64,000 nt of DNA from Candidatus Parcubacteria bacterium. GTDB taxonomy: Bacteria > Patescibacteriota > Patescibacteriia > Patescibacteriales > UBA12075. The stretch covers positions 126 to 64,125 of the forward strand of contig JAGLIO010000001.1 in assembly GCA_023142915.1 (NCBI GenBank), given 5' to 3'. The position numbers and the translations under genes are program-made. How positions within the stretch are numbered: position 1 is the stretch's first letter; every line of letters begins with the position of its first letter. Below, piece by piece: positions 28,582 to 37,656 of this stretch. Below the pieces are notes generated by a model, which was not told the origin of the DNA, did not search any database, and was given only the letters and a program-made list of their open reading frames with translations.

Positions 28582-29790
28582 TTAATATTGTTCAAGGATA
28601 CTATCATCAACATTGTTAATCAGTTGTCCGGCGTAATTTTTAAGTTCTTCCAGACTGACAATATGCTTCTTTTTTCCGTTTACTATTACATAGGTTTTAA
28701 AATTTTTGCCGCGAAGCAAGGCGCCGTTGCCATATTTTTCTCCCAATATGCTTGCCCCCCCGTATTGCGCTAAAATTTCATCATCAACGTCCGTAATCGG
28801 CTGGCCCGCGTATTTTCTTAATTCTTGCAAAGTACTGATATGCTGTTTAACGCCGTTAACAATAACATATACTTTCATATTTCTACTGCGAATTAAGGCT
28901 CCGTTTCCGTATTCGGCGCCGAGCATACCTGTTCCGCCATATTGCGCCAATATTTCATCATCAACGTCCGTAATCGGCTGGCACGCGTATTTTCTTAATT
29001 TTTGCAAAGTATTAATGTGTTCTTTAACGCCATTATTGATGATATATATTTTTTTGTTGTTGCCGCGGATTAAAGCGCCGTCCGCGTAAAATCCGGCTTC
29101 TGATGCTGTTGAAACTTCAAATTCATCATCGCCCGCTTTCACTTCTTTTTTAATTTCCGATTTTACTTTTTTCTGTTGCTCTTTGGCAAGGCTAACAGAA
29201 TTTTGGCTGTTGCCATACATAACCGCGAAAATGCTTAAATGATTAACAGAAAAAGTAACTTTGCCGTTTGTTGAATCAAAATCAGCTCCCGGAATTTTAA
29301 CCCATTCATTTGTTTCGCTTTTAAAACAATAAACATCTACGCCCGAAATATCTCCGGGCATATCAGGCAATATAATGGTTATTACCATGTCTTTGCTAAA
29401 AGCTGTTATTGCATTATTATCTTCGTCTTTAGCGGTAATGCTGAATATTTTGCTTCCTATTATAAAAGCGTCGCCGTCCGGTTTTTGATTGGCGCTTGCG
29501 GCGCTCATTTGAATTTTAAAGGTTGCTCTGGTGTTTGCGGCTACGGTCTCTTTTGGAATCTCTAATTTTACTGTTCCTTGTTCTCCAAAATTGTTAGTGG
29601 CAGCCCCTTCTTGCTGAGACGACAATGTCATTGGATAATTAATTGCCGTAACAATTTTCGGCGCCGTTGATGATACGCCTCCACCTCCGCCATATCCTGA
29701 AGCGGCTTTAAATCCGAACAAAGAAATGGCGAAAATAAAACCTGTTAAGGCAATGGTTTTAAAATAAAATAATTTTTTTAATGAGTTCAT
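28582..29790 (-). CDS. secreted protein with three C-terminal 59-aa tandem repeats (YGNGALIRxxNxKVYVIVNGVKxHIxxLxELRKYAGQPITDVDDEILAQYGG)
   Basis: Signal peptide (LTGFIFAISLFGFKAASG) and three 177-bp near-identical DNA repeats spanning about 28585-29115. The repeat module resembles the C-terminal repeats of the 13204 protein. Confidence 0.6.
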   Translation of the reverse strand: MNSLKKLFYFKTIALTGFIFAISLFGFKAASGYGGGGGVSSTAPKIVTAINYPMTLSSQQEGAATNNFGEQGTVKLEIPKETVAANTRATFKIQMSAASANQKPDGDAFIIGSKIFSITAKDEDNNAITAFSKDMVITIILPDMPGDISGVDVYCFKSETNEWVKIPGADFDSTNGKVTFSVNHLSIFAVMYGNSQNSVSLAKEQQKKVKSEIKKEVKAGDDEFEVSTASEAGFYADGALIRGNNKKIYIINNGVKEHINTLQKLRKYACQPITDVDDEILAQYGGTGMLGAEYGNGALIRSRNMKVYVIVNGVKQHISTLQELRKYAGQPITDVDDEILAQYGGASILGEKYGNGALLRGKNFKTYVIVNGKKKHIVSLEELKNYAGQLINNVDDSILEQY

Positions 29791-29911
29791 AAAAAAATTT
29801 AAATTTATTTTTTAAAAAATAAATACATTGCACACTTATCCACATAGTAATATATATATAATATAACATATCTCTGTTAATGCGTCAAAAAATTTGCTAA
29901 AATAAAAACAC

Positions 29912-31426
29912 ATGAATAAAAAAAAATATACAATTATTATCTTAATCGCGCTTTTTATAATTCTTGGAAGTTTTCTAAGATTATATAAATTATCAAACCA
30001 ATCATATTGGATGGACGAAGGCTATACAGTAAACGCCGTTATTTCAGGTATTGAAAACGGGCATAAAAATTTTTCTTCTATTCTTGATTCAGGAAAAACT
30101 TATTTTTGCCCGCTTTATTGCTATCCGACAGAATCCATAACAAAAATATTCGGCGCAAATTCTTTTTCCTTTCGCTTGATTTCCGCGCTATCCGGCATTT
30201 TATTTATTTTAATTATTTTTTTGATTGTTAAAAATTTATTCAATTCTCAAATAGCGCTTTTATCTTCTTTTTTTATAACTTTTTCTTATTGGCAAATCGC
30301 ATGGTCAAGACAGGCGCGCTGGTACACGCTTTTTACAATATTTTTCTGGCTGGCTTTATTTTGTTTTTATAAATTTTTTTATAATAAAAAAAATAAAATT
30401 ATATATTTAGCACTTACGATTTTATTTACGATATTGGCGGTTTTAGCGCATAAAATAGCATTGCTCTTGCCAATGATAATGTTTTTTTGGGTAATTATTG
30501 ATTGCTCGCTTGCTAAAAAAAAGAATATTGCAAAATTTATAAAAAATATTATTTTGGCCTTAATATTTTTTATCGCGATAAATTTGATTATAAAATACGC
30601 TTTTAATATCAATTTTATTTTTGCTTTTTATGAAAAAATGTCTCTCCATTATAATCTGCCGTATTATTTAAGTTTTTATTTAAGAAATTATTGGTTTTTG
30701 ATTGTTCTCGCTATTTTCGCGATTTTTAACTCTAAAGAGAAAAAGAAAATATATTTTTTGCTTTTGCCTATTTTGTCATATTTAATATCTTTGTCTTTTT
30801 TAACAAATATAATTCATTACCGTTATCTATTTCACATTACGCCTGCTTTATACATTTTAGCGTCTTTCGGTATTATTGATATTTATAATAAAATAAAACA
30901 TAATTTATTTAAAAATATTTTTGTTCTTGCTCTAATTTTAATATTTTTTCTTAGCAATGGCGTAATTTTACCGCGTTCTTTTTATTTGCTTGAATCAGAC
31001 GATCCTGCAAAATTAGGGCAAAGACCGCATTATGCTTACACGCCTCAGCCGGATTTTAATTCAGCTTATGCAATAATTAAAGACAATCTAAAAAGCAATG
31101 AAATAGTAATTTCATCGCATCCGCATTTTAATAAAATATTTTTAAACAGACCCGGTTATTGGCTAAAATACAGTTATCTTGGCATTGAAAATTATGTCAG
31201 CGCAATAAATGAAGACAAAGAATATTATGTCGGCGCTAAAGTTATTGATGATTTAAAAGAATTAAAGCAAGCAATGAAAAATAATCACGGCTATATTGTT
31301 TTTGACTTTATGTCTATTGACAATCGCATTCCAACGGAAGAGATTGATTATATAAAAAAAAATTCAAAGTTTATATTTATTAATGAAACAAACAGCTATT
31401 CTAAAATTTGGGTTTATGAATTTTAG
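29912..31426 (+). CDS. ArnT/PMT-family (GT-C) membrane glycosyltransferase
   Basis: 504 aa. N-terminal TM bundle with the periplasmic-loop YWMDEGYT motif region typical of dolichyl/undecaprenyl-phosphate sugar transferases, and a C-terminal soluble domain. Confidence 0.55.
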   Translation: MNKKKYTIIILIALFIILGSFLRLYKLSNQSYWMDEGYTVNAVISGIENGHKNFSSILDSGKTYFCPLYCYPTESITKIFGANSFSFRLISALSGILFILIIFLIVKNLFNSQIALLSSFFITFSYWQIAWSRQARWYTLFTIFFWLALFCFYKFFYNKKNKIIYLALTILFTILAVLAHKIALLLPMIMFFWVIIDCSLAKKKNIAKFIKNIILALIFFIAINLIIKYAFNINFIFAFYEKMSLHYNLPYYLSFYLRNYWFLIVLAIFAIFNSKEKKKIYFLLLPILSYLISLSFLTNIIHYRYLFHITPALYILASFGIIDIYNKIKHNLFKNIFVLALILIFFLSNGVILPRSFYLLESDDPAKLGQRPHYAYTPQPDFNSAYAIIKDNLKSNEIVISSHPHFNKIFLNRPGYWLKYSYLGIENYVSAINEDKEYYVGAKVIDDLKELKQAMKNNHGYIVFDFMSIDNRIPTEEIDYIKKNSKFIFINETNSYSKIWVYEF

Positions 31427-31498
31427 CCAAAGCTAAAAATTAAAAAGTGTCAATTATGTTTGTGGACTTGCGCATTAATTTGACAGTGTAGCTACATT

Positions 31499-31780
31499 AT
31501 GATAAAATATAGCTATAAATTAAACTTGTTTTTTATGACCCAAAAAGATAAAAAAATAGAACACTTTCTGGCTAATCCTAATAATTTTAAATATCAGCAA
31601 ATAAAAATAATACTTATCAATTTAGGGTTCAATGAAATTCAAGCCAAAGGCAGCCACGTCAAATTTAAGCACACTTTAATCACCCATGATCTGATTATCC
31701 CAATTCATTCCAATGATTGTAAAACTTATTACAAAAAACAAATTGTTAAAATTATTAAAAAATATAAGCTTAATTATTAA
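31499..31780 (+). CDS. HicA/YcfA-family toxin-like protein (true start possibly Met13 at 31535)
   Basis: KGSHVKFKHTLITHDLIIPIHSNDCKTYYKKQIVKIIKKY fits the GSH...P.H... HicA signature. Confidence 0.6.
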   Translation: MIKYSYKLNLFFMTQKDKKIEHFLANPNNFKYQQIKIILINLGFNEIQAKGSHVKFKHTLITHDLIIPIHSNDCKTYYKKQIVKIIKKYKLNY

Positions 31781-31791
31781 TTTATAAAAAT

Positions 31792-32112
31792 ATGAAAACT
31801 GCCAGTAAACACTCTATTACTATAAATAATAAAAAATATTTTTATTCATTAGAACCAAAGGGCTCAAAAACCACTTTTGTTGAATGCGAGGCTGCAAAAA
31901 TAAATCAAAAATTTTTAAACGAAGACATTCCGACCCTGTTAAATGATTTATCTAATTTGATACTAGCTGAAAAAAAATATCAACATCAACAAAGCGCGAT
32001 TATTCGTTTTAGAATTAAACCCGAAGATAAAAAATTAATTGAACAAAAAGCGCGTAAAAGAGGATATGATAATATATCAACATTTATGCGTGATTTAGCG
32101 CTAACTAATTAG
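31792..32112 (+). CDS. putative antitoxin with C-terminal ribbon-helix-helix domain
   Basis: 106 aa. The C-terminal SAIIRFRIKPEDKKLIEQKARKRGYDNISTFMRDLAL matches the RHH (CopG/ParD-like) pattern. Lies 12 bp downstream of the HicA-like ORF. Confidence 0.5.
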   Translation: MKTASKHSITINNKKYFYSLEPKGSKTTFVECEAAKINQKFLNEDIPTLLNDLSNLILAEKKYQHQQSAIIRFRIKPEDKKLIEQKARKRGYDNISTFMRDLALTN

Positions 32113-32150
32113 AAAAAAAGGAAAGGGTCTGCTTTTATCCGCAAAATATC

Positions 32151-34604
32151 ATGCTAAAAAAATCAAAAAAAAAATACACTAAAAAGTCAAAGAAAATTTT
32201 TATTATAAGGATAAAAAGCAAATATCATAATTTGAATATTTTTTCCAAATTAATCGTGCTTTCTTTGCCATTGATTCTTATCGCTTATTTATGCATTAAT
32301 TTTTATCAGGCAGTGGATTATGAAGCCGGTTATACAATAGATTTTAATAAAGAAAATTTTAGAAATACAAAGCTGCCTCTGTATATTGACGAAGACCCGG
32401 CTTCTCACAAATTTATGTCAACAGGCATAATAAACAATGTCCATTACGCGGAAATGTCAGGCTCCCCCATTTCTTTTGTCTGGCAGCCTGAAGAATTCCC
32501 CCTTAATAAAACAATTACGGTGTCGGCTTTAATCAAAGACGAGGGCGACTGGGAAATCTCTTTATTCTGCCCAAACTGCCCCAAAAACGAACAATACGAC
32601 TGGCAGCCGTTTTATTACGGCAAACTGAATGACTATGTCCTAGCGGCCAAATCCGACGACCTTTATATTTATTCCCTTAACAATTTTGACTGGGAACAGG
32701 CGACAACAACCAAGGAGTGGCTGGAAAAAAATGTGCCGCAAGGGACTAGCGTGGAAATTTTAGATGACGCATACACAAAATCCAAACTCGTTAATCAAAA
32801 TATTGATTTTATTGAAGGCTCATGGACTGAAATTAATAAAACTTTGCGCGGCAAACATGAATTTTATGTTTATTTAAAGGATAAATTGGATTTGGAAATG
32901 GTTAAAAAAGATTTTAACAGCTATGACGGCGCTGATGATGTAAATATTGTTCTTTATGATTTGAATGATAATGTAATTATGAAAGCAACAATTGAGGACG
33001 ATGGGATTGATGTTAAAAACGATATAAGTGAATTTGATCCGCCTATTAAAAAAAGGATTGAATATGATATAAAAAAACAAGGAGTTTATAAATTGGCATT
33101 TGAGCCAATTGATAAAGCCGGAGCTGATTGGACCATTAAGTACATAAAAATAAACACAAATAAAATAATTTTTACAGGCAACGCAAACCTTATTTTAGAT
33201 CCCGGCGTTTTATACACCGAGCTAGTTGAAAACAAAGAACTAAAAATTTATGTTTGGCACGGCAATGCCGTTCAGACTATAAAATTTATTAATGAAGATA
33301 CTGCTGTAGAAATGGAAATTACCAAATCTGAATTGGGAAAATGGCAATTTATAGAATTAAATCCCGGCGCTTATGAAATCAGCTTTGCCGGCGATCAGTA
33401 CATTGGCAACGCGAATTTCGCAATTAACAAAAAAACATATTTTGAACCGTTTATTTATGATTTAAGCAAGAAAAAAGAGCAATCCATTGTTTTGGCAAAT
33501 TATTCATTTACAAAAAATAAAAACTGGACAGACGTTGCTAAAAATTTTACTAAAAATGATATTAAAAAACTGGAAGATTTAAAAAAAGTTAAATTTTTAA
33601 TCAGAAATAAAGAATTGAATAAAAAATTTAAAAAGGAAAAAAATTTATACGATAATGGATTTTATCCTTTGGCTAAATTTAATGAGTATAAATTATGGGG
33701 CCAAAAAGATTTGGAAAGCTATAGCGCAAATGTTGATAATTTAATTGATTGGCTGAAAAACCTTCTCCCTAACGGCTCCGGAATAGTGGCTGACGAATCT
33801 TTGGCTATTGAACGGGCGGATTTTATTAACAACGAAGAGCCGGAAGAATTCGTTCAATATGATGACCCCATAAATGAATTAAACTTTGCTTTGCGCGGTT
33901 CGCATGAATTTTACGTTTATATTAATAATCATTTTAAGGCGGAGATTGATAAGGAAGATATAAACGCTTACGCCGGCAAAGACGAAGTTGAAATCAGCTT
34001 AATAAATTCAGCCGGAGATATAATGTGCGACAAAATAATGGCTGATGACGAAAATGAATCTGATGACAGGAATTCTCCCGATTCAGTTCAAACTTATTTT
34101 AACTGCCCCAACATTAAAAAAGGAGTTTATATTCTTAGTTTAAAAGGCTTGTCGGCTGGAGTTGGTAATATTGGCAATGATTTTGTAATCAAACAGTTAA
34201 AAATTAATACAAATAAAATCATAATTAAAAACAGGATTTTAAATATTGAGCCAGTTGAGTTGTATGTTAATAATAAAACAGACAAAGAGATTGACTTATA
34301 TTATTGGCACAAAGACAAGGATCAGATTATTGAAATTTTAGGAAACGACGCGAAAAATATTGAATTAACAAAAGATGATAAAGGAAAAAACGTAGAATAT
34401 TTATTAATTAATGGATATAAAAAAATAAATATGCCAAAAGGAGATGTTGTTATTTCTAATAATAATTTTGCTTTTAAAGAAGAAAATTGGTTTTATCCGA
34501 TTAGTATATCAATAGAAACAAATCTTAACGCAAATTTTGCCTTATTTAAAGATGCCTACGCAGAATCTTTATTTATTAAAAATATTAATATTGACGTTCA
34601 ATAA
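32151..34604 (+). CDS. large exported/membrane-anchored protein with an internal ~350-aa duplication
   Basis: 817 aa. Basic N-terminus plus one TM. Two homologous halves (LRGKHEFYVYLKD...IKYIKINTNKIIF / LRGSHEFYVYINN...IKQLKINTNKIII). Its stop is adjacent to the start of the next GT-C gene. Confidence 0.6.
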   Translation: MLKKSKKKYTKKSKKIFIIRIKSKYHNLNIFSKLIVLSLPLILIAYLCINFYQAVDYEAGYTIDFNKENFRNTKLPLYIDEDPASHKFMSTGIINNVHYAEMSGSPISFVWQPEEFPLNKTITVSALIKDEGDWEISLFCPNCPKNEQYDWQPFYYGKLNDYVLAAKSDDLYIYSLNNFDWEQATTTKEWLEKNVPQGTSVEILDDAYTKSKLVNQNIDFIEGSWTEINKTLRGKHEFYVYLKDKLDLEMVKKDFNSYDGADDVNIVLYDLNDNVIMKATIEDDGIDVKNDISEFDPPIKKRIEYDIKKQGVYKLAFEPIDKAGADWTIKYIKINTNKIIFTGNANLILDPGVLYTELVENKELKIYVWHGNAVQTIKFINEDTAVEMEITKSELGKWQFIELNPGAYEISFAGDQYIGNANFAINKKTYFEPFIYDLSKKKEQSIVLANYSFTKNKNWTDVAKNFTKNDIKKLEDLKKVKFLIRNKELNKKFKKEKNLYDNGFYPLAKFNEYKLWGQKDLESYSANVDNLIDWLKNLLPNGSGIVADESLAIERADFINNEEPEEFVQYDDPINELNFALRGSHEFYVYINNHFKAEIDKEDINAYAGKDEVEISLINSAGDIMCDKIMADDENESDDRNSPDSVQTYFNCPNIKKGVYILSLKGLSAGVGNIGNDFVIKQLKINTNKIIIKNRILNIEPVELYVNNKTDKEIDLYYWHKDKDQIIEILGNDAKNIELTKDDKGKNVEYLLINGYKKINMPKGDVVISNNNFAFKEENWFYPISISIETNLNANFALFKDAYAESLFIKNINIDVQ

Positions 34605-36728
34605 ATGAATATAAAAAAACATTGGAAAAAAACATTGTTATCCCTATTTTTAACAACGCTATTGATTAGCTCAATAGCGTTAGTTTTTGATTGCTTTAGC
34701 GGAATTATAAGTTACTATGTTCAAATCGGGCTGATTTATTTTATTAATATTATATTATTTCTAATCGTTTTTTATTTTTATCAAGATGAGTGTGAAAAAA
34801 AAGTTAAGGATTTTTCATATTACTCACAATTAGAATTTATTGCTAAATATATTTTTTTAGCCATATTATTTCTTATTGCCATTAACCAACTATTTGCCGA
34901 TTTTGAGTGGAGTAAAAATTTTTATAACATTTATTTGTCCTGGATAAATAATATTAAAAGTTATTTAACGGTTTTGGCTATTTTAACCGGCGGTTTTACT
35001 TTTTGGGTTAACCGAAAAAATGTTGAGGTTGATTTAAAAAAAGAGCAGAAAGAGGAGGTGCTGGAAGAAAAAAAAAGAGCGAAAATTTTTGATAAAAAAT
35101 ATGGAAAGTGGAAGCCGAAAAAATTAAAGTTTAATTCTTTTAAAAATATTATTTTTTCTATTTTTTATTTGCCGTTTTTTGTTGTTTCGTTTTTATTATT
35201 TACTTTTGCGAGGTGGGTGCATAAAGAAGGATATAGATATAGCTTGGGGCTGATCATTCTTTCATTTTCAGGATTATTACTAAGAATTTACAATATTAAA
35301 TTACAAAAACTATGGATTGATGAATTAATATCTTTAAGCGCAATTAACAACATAATAAATTCTGGAATACCATCTTTGCCTTCTGGGGTAATGTATACTA
35401 GAAATATTTTTTTTCATTATTTACTCGCTTTTATTAAAATTTTATTTAATACAGAAGATATTAAATTAAAAATAATTTCAGTCATAGCTGGTTTTTTAAC
35501 GATAATATTTGTTTATATTTTTACAAAAAAAATATTAAATAAAAAAGTTGCTATTATTTCCTCCCTATTAATAACATTCTTCAATTTTGAAATAGCTTGG
35601 TCAAGACAAATTCGAGCATACATGTTGCTTCAATTTGCTATTATTTTATGTGTTTTTGTTTACAGTAGACTTAAAAAAAATGTTTCATTAAAAAATCTAT
35701 TGTTATTTTTATTTAGCGCTATATTCACAGTTTCAGTAAGTTTAATTGGAATAATTATCGTTTGCATTCTTATTTTGGATTTTTTTATTGAGAAAAAAAA
35801 TAGAACGAAATTATTACATTTAATAAAAAAGAATACTAAACTTTTTATATTAATATTTTTTATTTTTTCTCTTTTTATGTATGCAGGAAATATTTTTAGC
35901 GCAATAATTTTTATATCCCATTCCATTCTTAATCCTATTAATAATACTCATAACTATATAAAATTATTTAATTCATTTTTTCCTTATTTGTACGTATTAA
36001 TGCCATTTTTGCTATTAACACTCATTTTTAGCTTCAATAAATTTATAAAAACAATATATTTTTATATTATTTTGATACTATCATTAACTTTTTTTATAAT
36101 TGAAGCATCTTGGTTGAGATATTTAACTTGTGCATTGCCTTTTCTTATTATTATTTCATCTTTTTTTATACATATTTTATATATAATATATTGTCAGAAA
36201 AAAAATAAATTTATTAATATTTTATTTTTTATCTTTTTTTTAACACCTTTTTTTATCTCAGATTTATCTTTATTTCCTCAAAATAATTATCAAATTCAAG
36301 AACCTCAAACAAATTTTAAATTAAGCTATGAATACATATATAAAAACATTAAATCTTCCGATACTGTAATTTCAATTACGACGGGCAATATTCCCGCCCA
36401 TTACTATTTAAAAGAAAAATTTATATTAAACAAAAATTATATCTTTACTTTATTATTGGATAAACAAAAAAAGGCGTATAGATCATATAAAAAAAATGGA
36501 ATATGGAAAGAAAATTATGTTGGTACAACTATAATAACAAATGAAATGGAATTAAAAAAAATTATTAAATATAATTCTGGATACCTTGTTTTTGATCAAC
36601 AAAAATTATATCACATCGATAATTCAATAAAAAATTTGCTAACCACAATGAATTTTCTTGAAGAATATTCCGATGAAACTATTAGATTATATTACTGGGA
36701 CAGCGAATCTCATTCGTTTTCCTTATAA
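34605..36728 (+). CDS. polytopic membrane protein, ArnT/PMT-like GT-C glycosyltransferase candidate
   Basis: 707 aa with more than 12 TM segments. The central region resembles 29912..31426 (WIDELISLSAIN...). Translationally coupled to the upstream gene. Confidence 0.5.
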   Translation: MNIKKHWKKTLLSLFLTTLLISSIALVFDCFSGIISYYVQIGLIYFINIILFLIVFYFYQDECEKKVKDFSYYSQLEFIAKYIFLAILFLIAINQLFADFEWSKNFYNIYLSWINNIKSYLTVLAILTGGFTFWVNRKNVEVDLKKEQKEEVLEEKKRAKIFDKKYGKWKPKKLKFNSFKNIIFSIFYLPFFVVSFLLFTFARWVHKEGYRYSLGLIILSFSGLLLRIYNIKLQKLWIDELISLSAINNIINSGIPSLPSGVMYTRNIFFHYLLAFIKILFNTEDIKLKIISVIAGFLTIIFVYIFTKKILNKKVAIISSLLITFFNFEIAWSRQIRAYMLLQFAIILCVFVYSRLKKNVSLKNLLLFLFSAIFTVSVSLIGIIIVCILILDFFIEKKNRTKLLHLIKKNTKLFILIFFIFSLFMYAGNIFSAIIFISHSILNPINNTHNYIKLFNSFFPYLYVLMPFLLLTLIFSFNKFIKTIYFYIILILSLTFFIIEASWLRYLTCALPFLIIISSFFIHILYIIYCQKKNKFINILFFIFFLTPFFISDLSLFPQNNYQIQEPQTNFKLSYEYIYKNIKSSDTVISITTGNIPAHYYLKEKFILNKNYIFTLLLDKQKKAYRSYKKNGIWKENYVGTTIITNEMELKKIIKYNSGYLVFDQQKLYHIDNSIKNLLTTMNFLEEYSDETIRLYYWDSESHSFSL

Positions 36729-37656
36729 AAAAATAACCAATTAAACCATAAATAATAATGGTTAATAATATAATCAAATGAAATTTTAATATATAAATTA
36801 ATGCTATTTCGGATTCATAGCCAAGTTTGATTAAAAAATAACTCCAACCAGCTTCAAAAATTCCAAAATTTGCGAATGTTTTTATCGGAATTAACGTTAT
36901 TGATATAATAATACACGAAATAAATAAAGTATTAAAAAAAGTAATACTTATTCCAAGTATGATTAATATTAAATACCCAAAAAAAATTCTGTATAACCAA
37001 TATGCAAATGTTGAAGCTAATAAAATTATTATAATTTTGCTATTTAATTTTTTTAATTCAATTACACTGTTATTAATAAAATTAAATATTTTATTAACAA
37101 ATATTTTGTTTTTAAATACACTACGTATTAATATTTTTATTTTATTTCGAAATAAAATAAAAACGGCTACAAGTACAGCGACTGTAATTAGTAATAATGT
37201 AAACACAAGAGAAATATTAAAAGTAAAGCCATTGCTTAGTTCCGCGCTTGAATAGATACTAGCAATTAAAAATAGATAAAATATTATTATCATATCAAAA
37301 ATACGAATTAAGCCCAGGCCATTAAGTCTATTTACTAAATTTATTTTAAAGAATTTTTTAAGATTGGTGATATAGGAAAATTCCCCAATTCTAAAAGGCA
37401 AAATACTTAACATTAAATTACAGTAACATAGCACAAAGAACAGTTTAAATTTATCTGATATTTTATATATTTGAGAATATCGATAGGTGTTAATTATTTT
37501 AGATACAGAGTATATCACTATAATAAAAATAATAAATAATATGTTAGTATCATTTAGGGTATTGATTAATTGCCCAAATTTAATATTTTTAAATAAATAA
37601 AAGATAATAAAAAAAGAAAGCAAAACAGGGTATAATTTTATTATTATTTTCATCAT
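36682..37656 (-). CDS. flippase-like (LPG-synthase-TM/UPF0104-type) membrane protein
   Basis: 324 aa, about 8 TM. The pattern and its position adjacent to a GT2 gene are typical of the 'flippase-like domain' family frequently paired with GT2 enzymes. Confidence 0.45.
   Translation of the reverse strand: MMKIIIKLYPVLLSFFIIFYLFKNIKFGQLINTLNDTNILFIIFIIVIYSVSKIINTYRYSQIYKISDKFKLFFVLCYCNLMLSILPFRIGEFSYITNLKKFFKINLVNRLNGLGLIRIFDMIIIFYLFLIASIYSSAELSNGFTFNISLVFTLLLITVAVLVAVFILFRNKIKILIRSVFKNKIFVNKIFNFINNSVIELKKLNSKIIIILLASTFAYWLYRIFFGYLILIILGISITFFNTLFISCIIISITLIPIKTFANFGIFEAGWSYFLIKLGYESEIALIYILKFHLIILLTIIIYGLIGYFFIRKTNEIRCPSNII

Noticed and set aside
28706-29089. 127-aa plus-strand ORF with repeated PYCA..ISSSTSVIGW segments
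   Set aside because: It is the antisense frame of the 3x177-bp coding repeats of the secreted protein 28582..29790.
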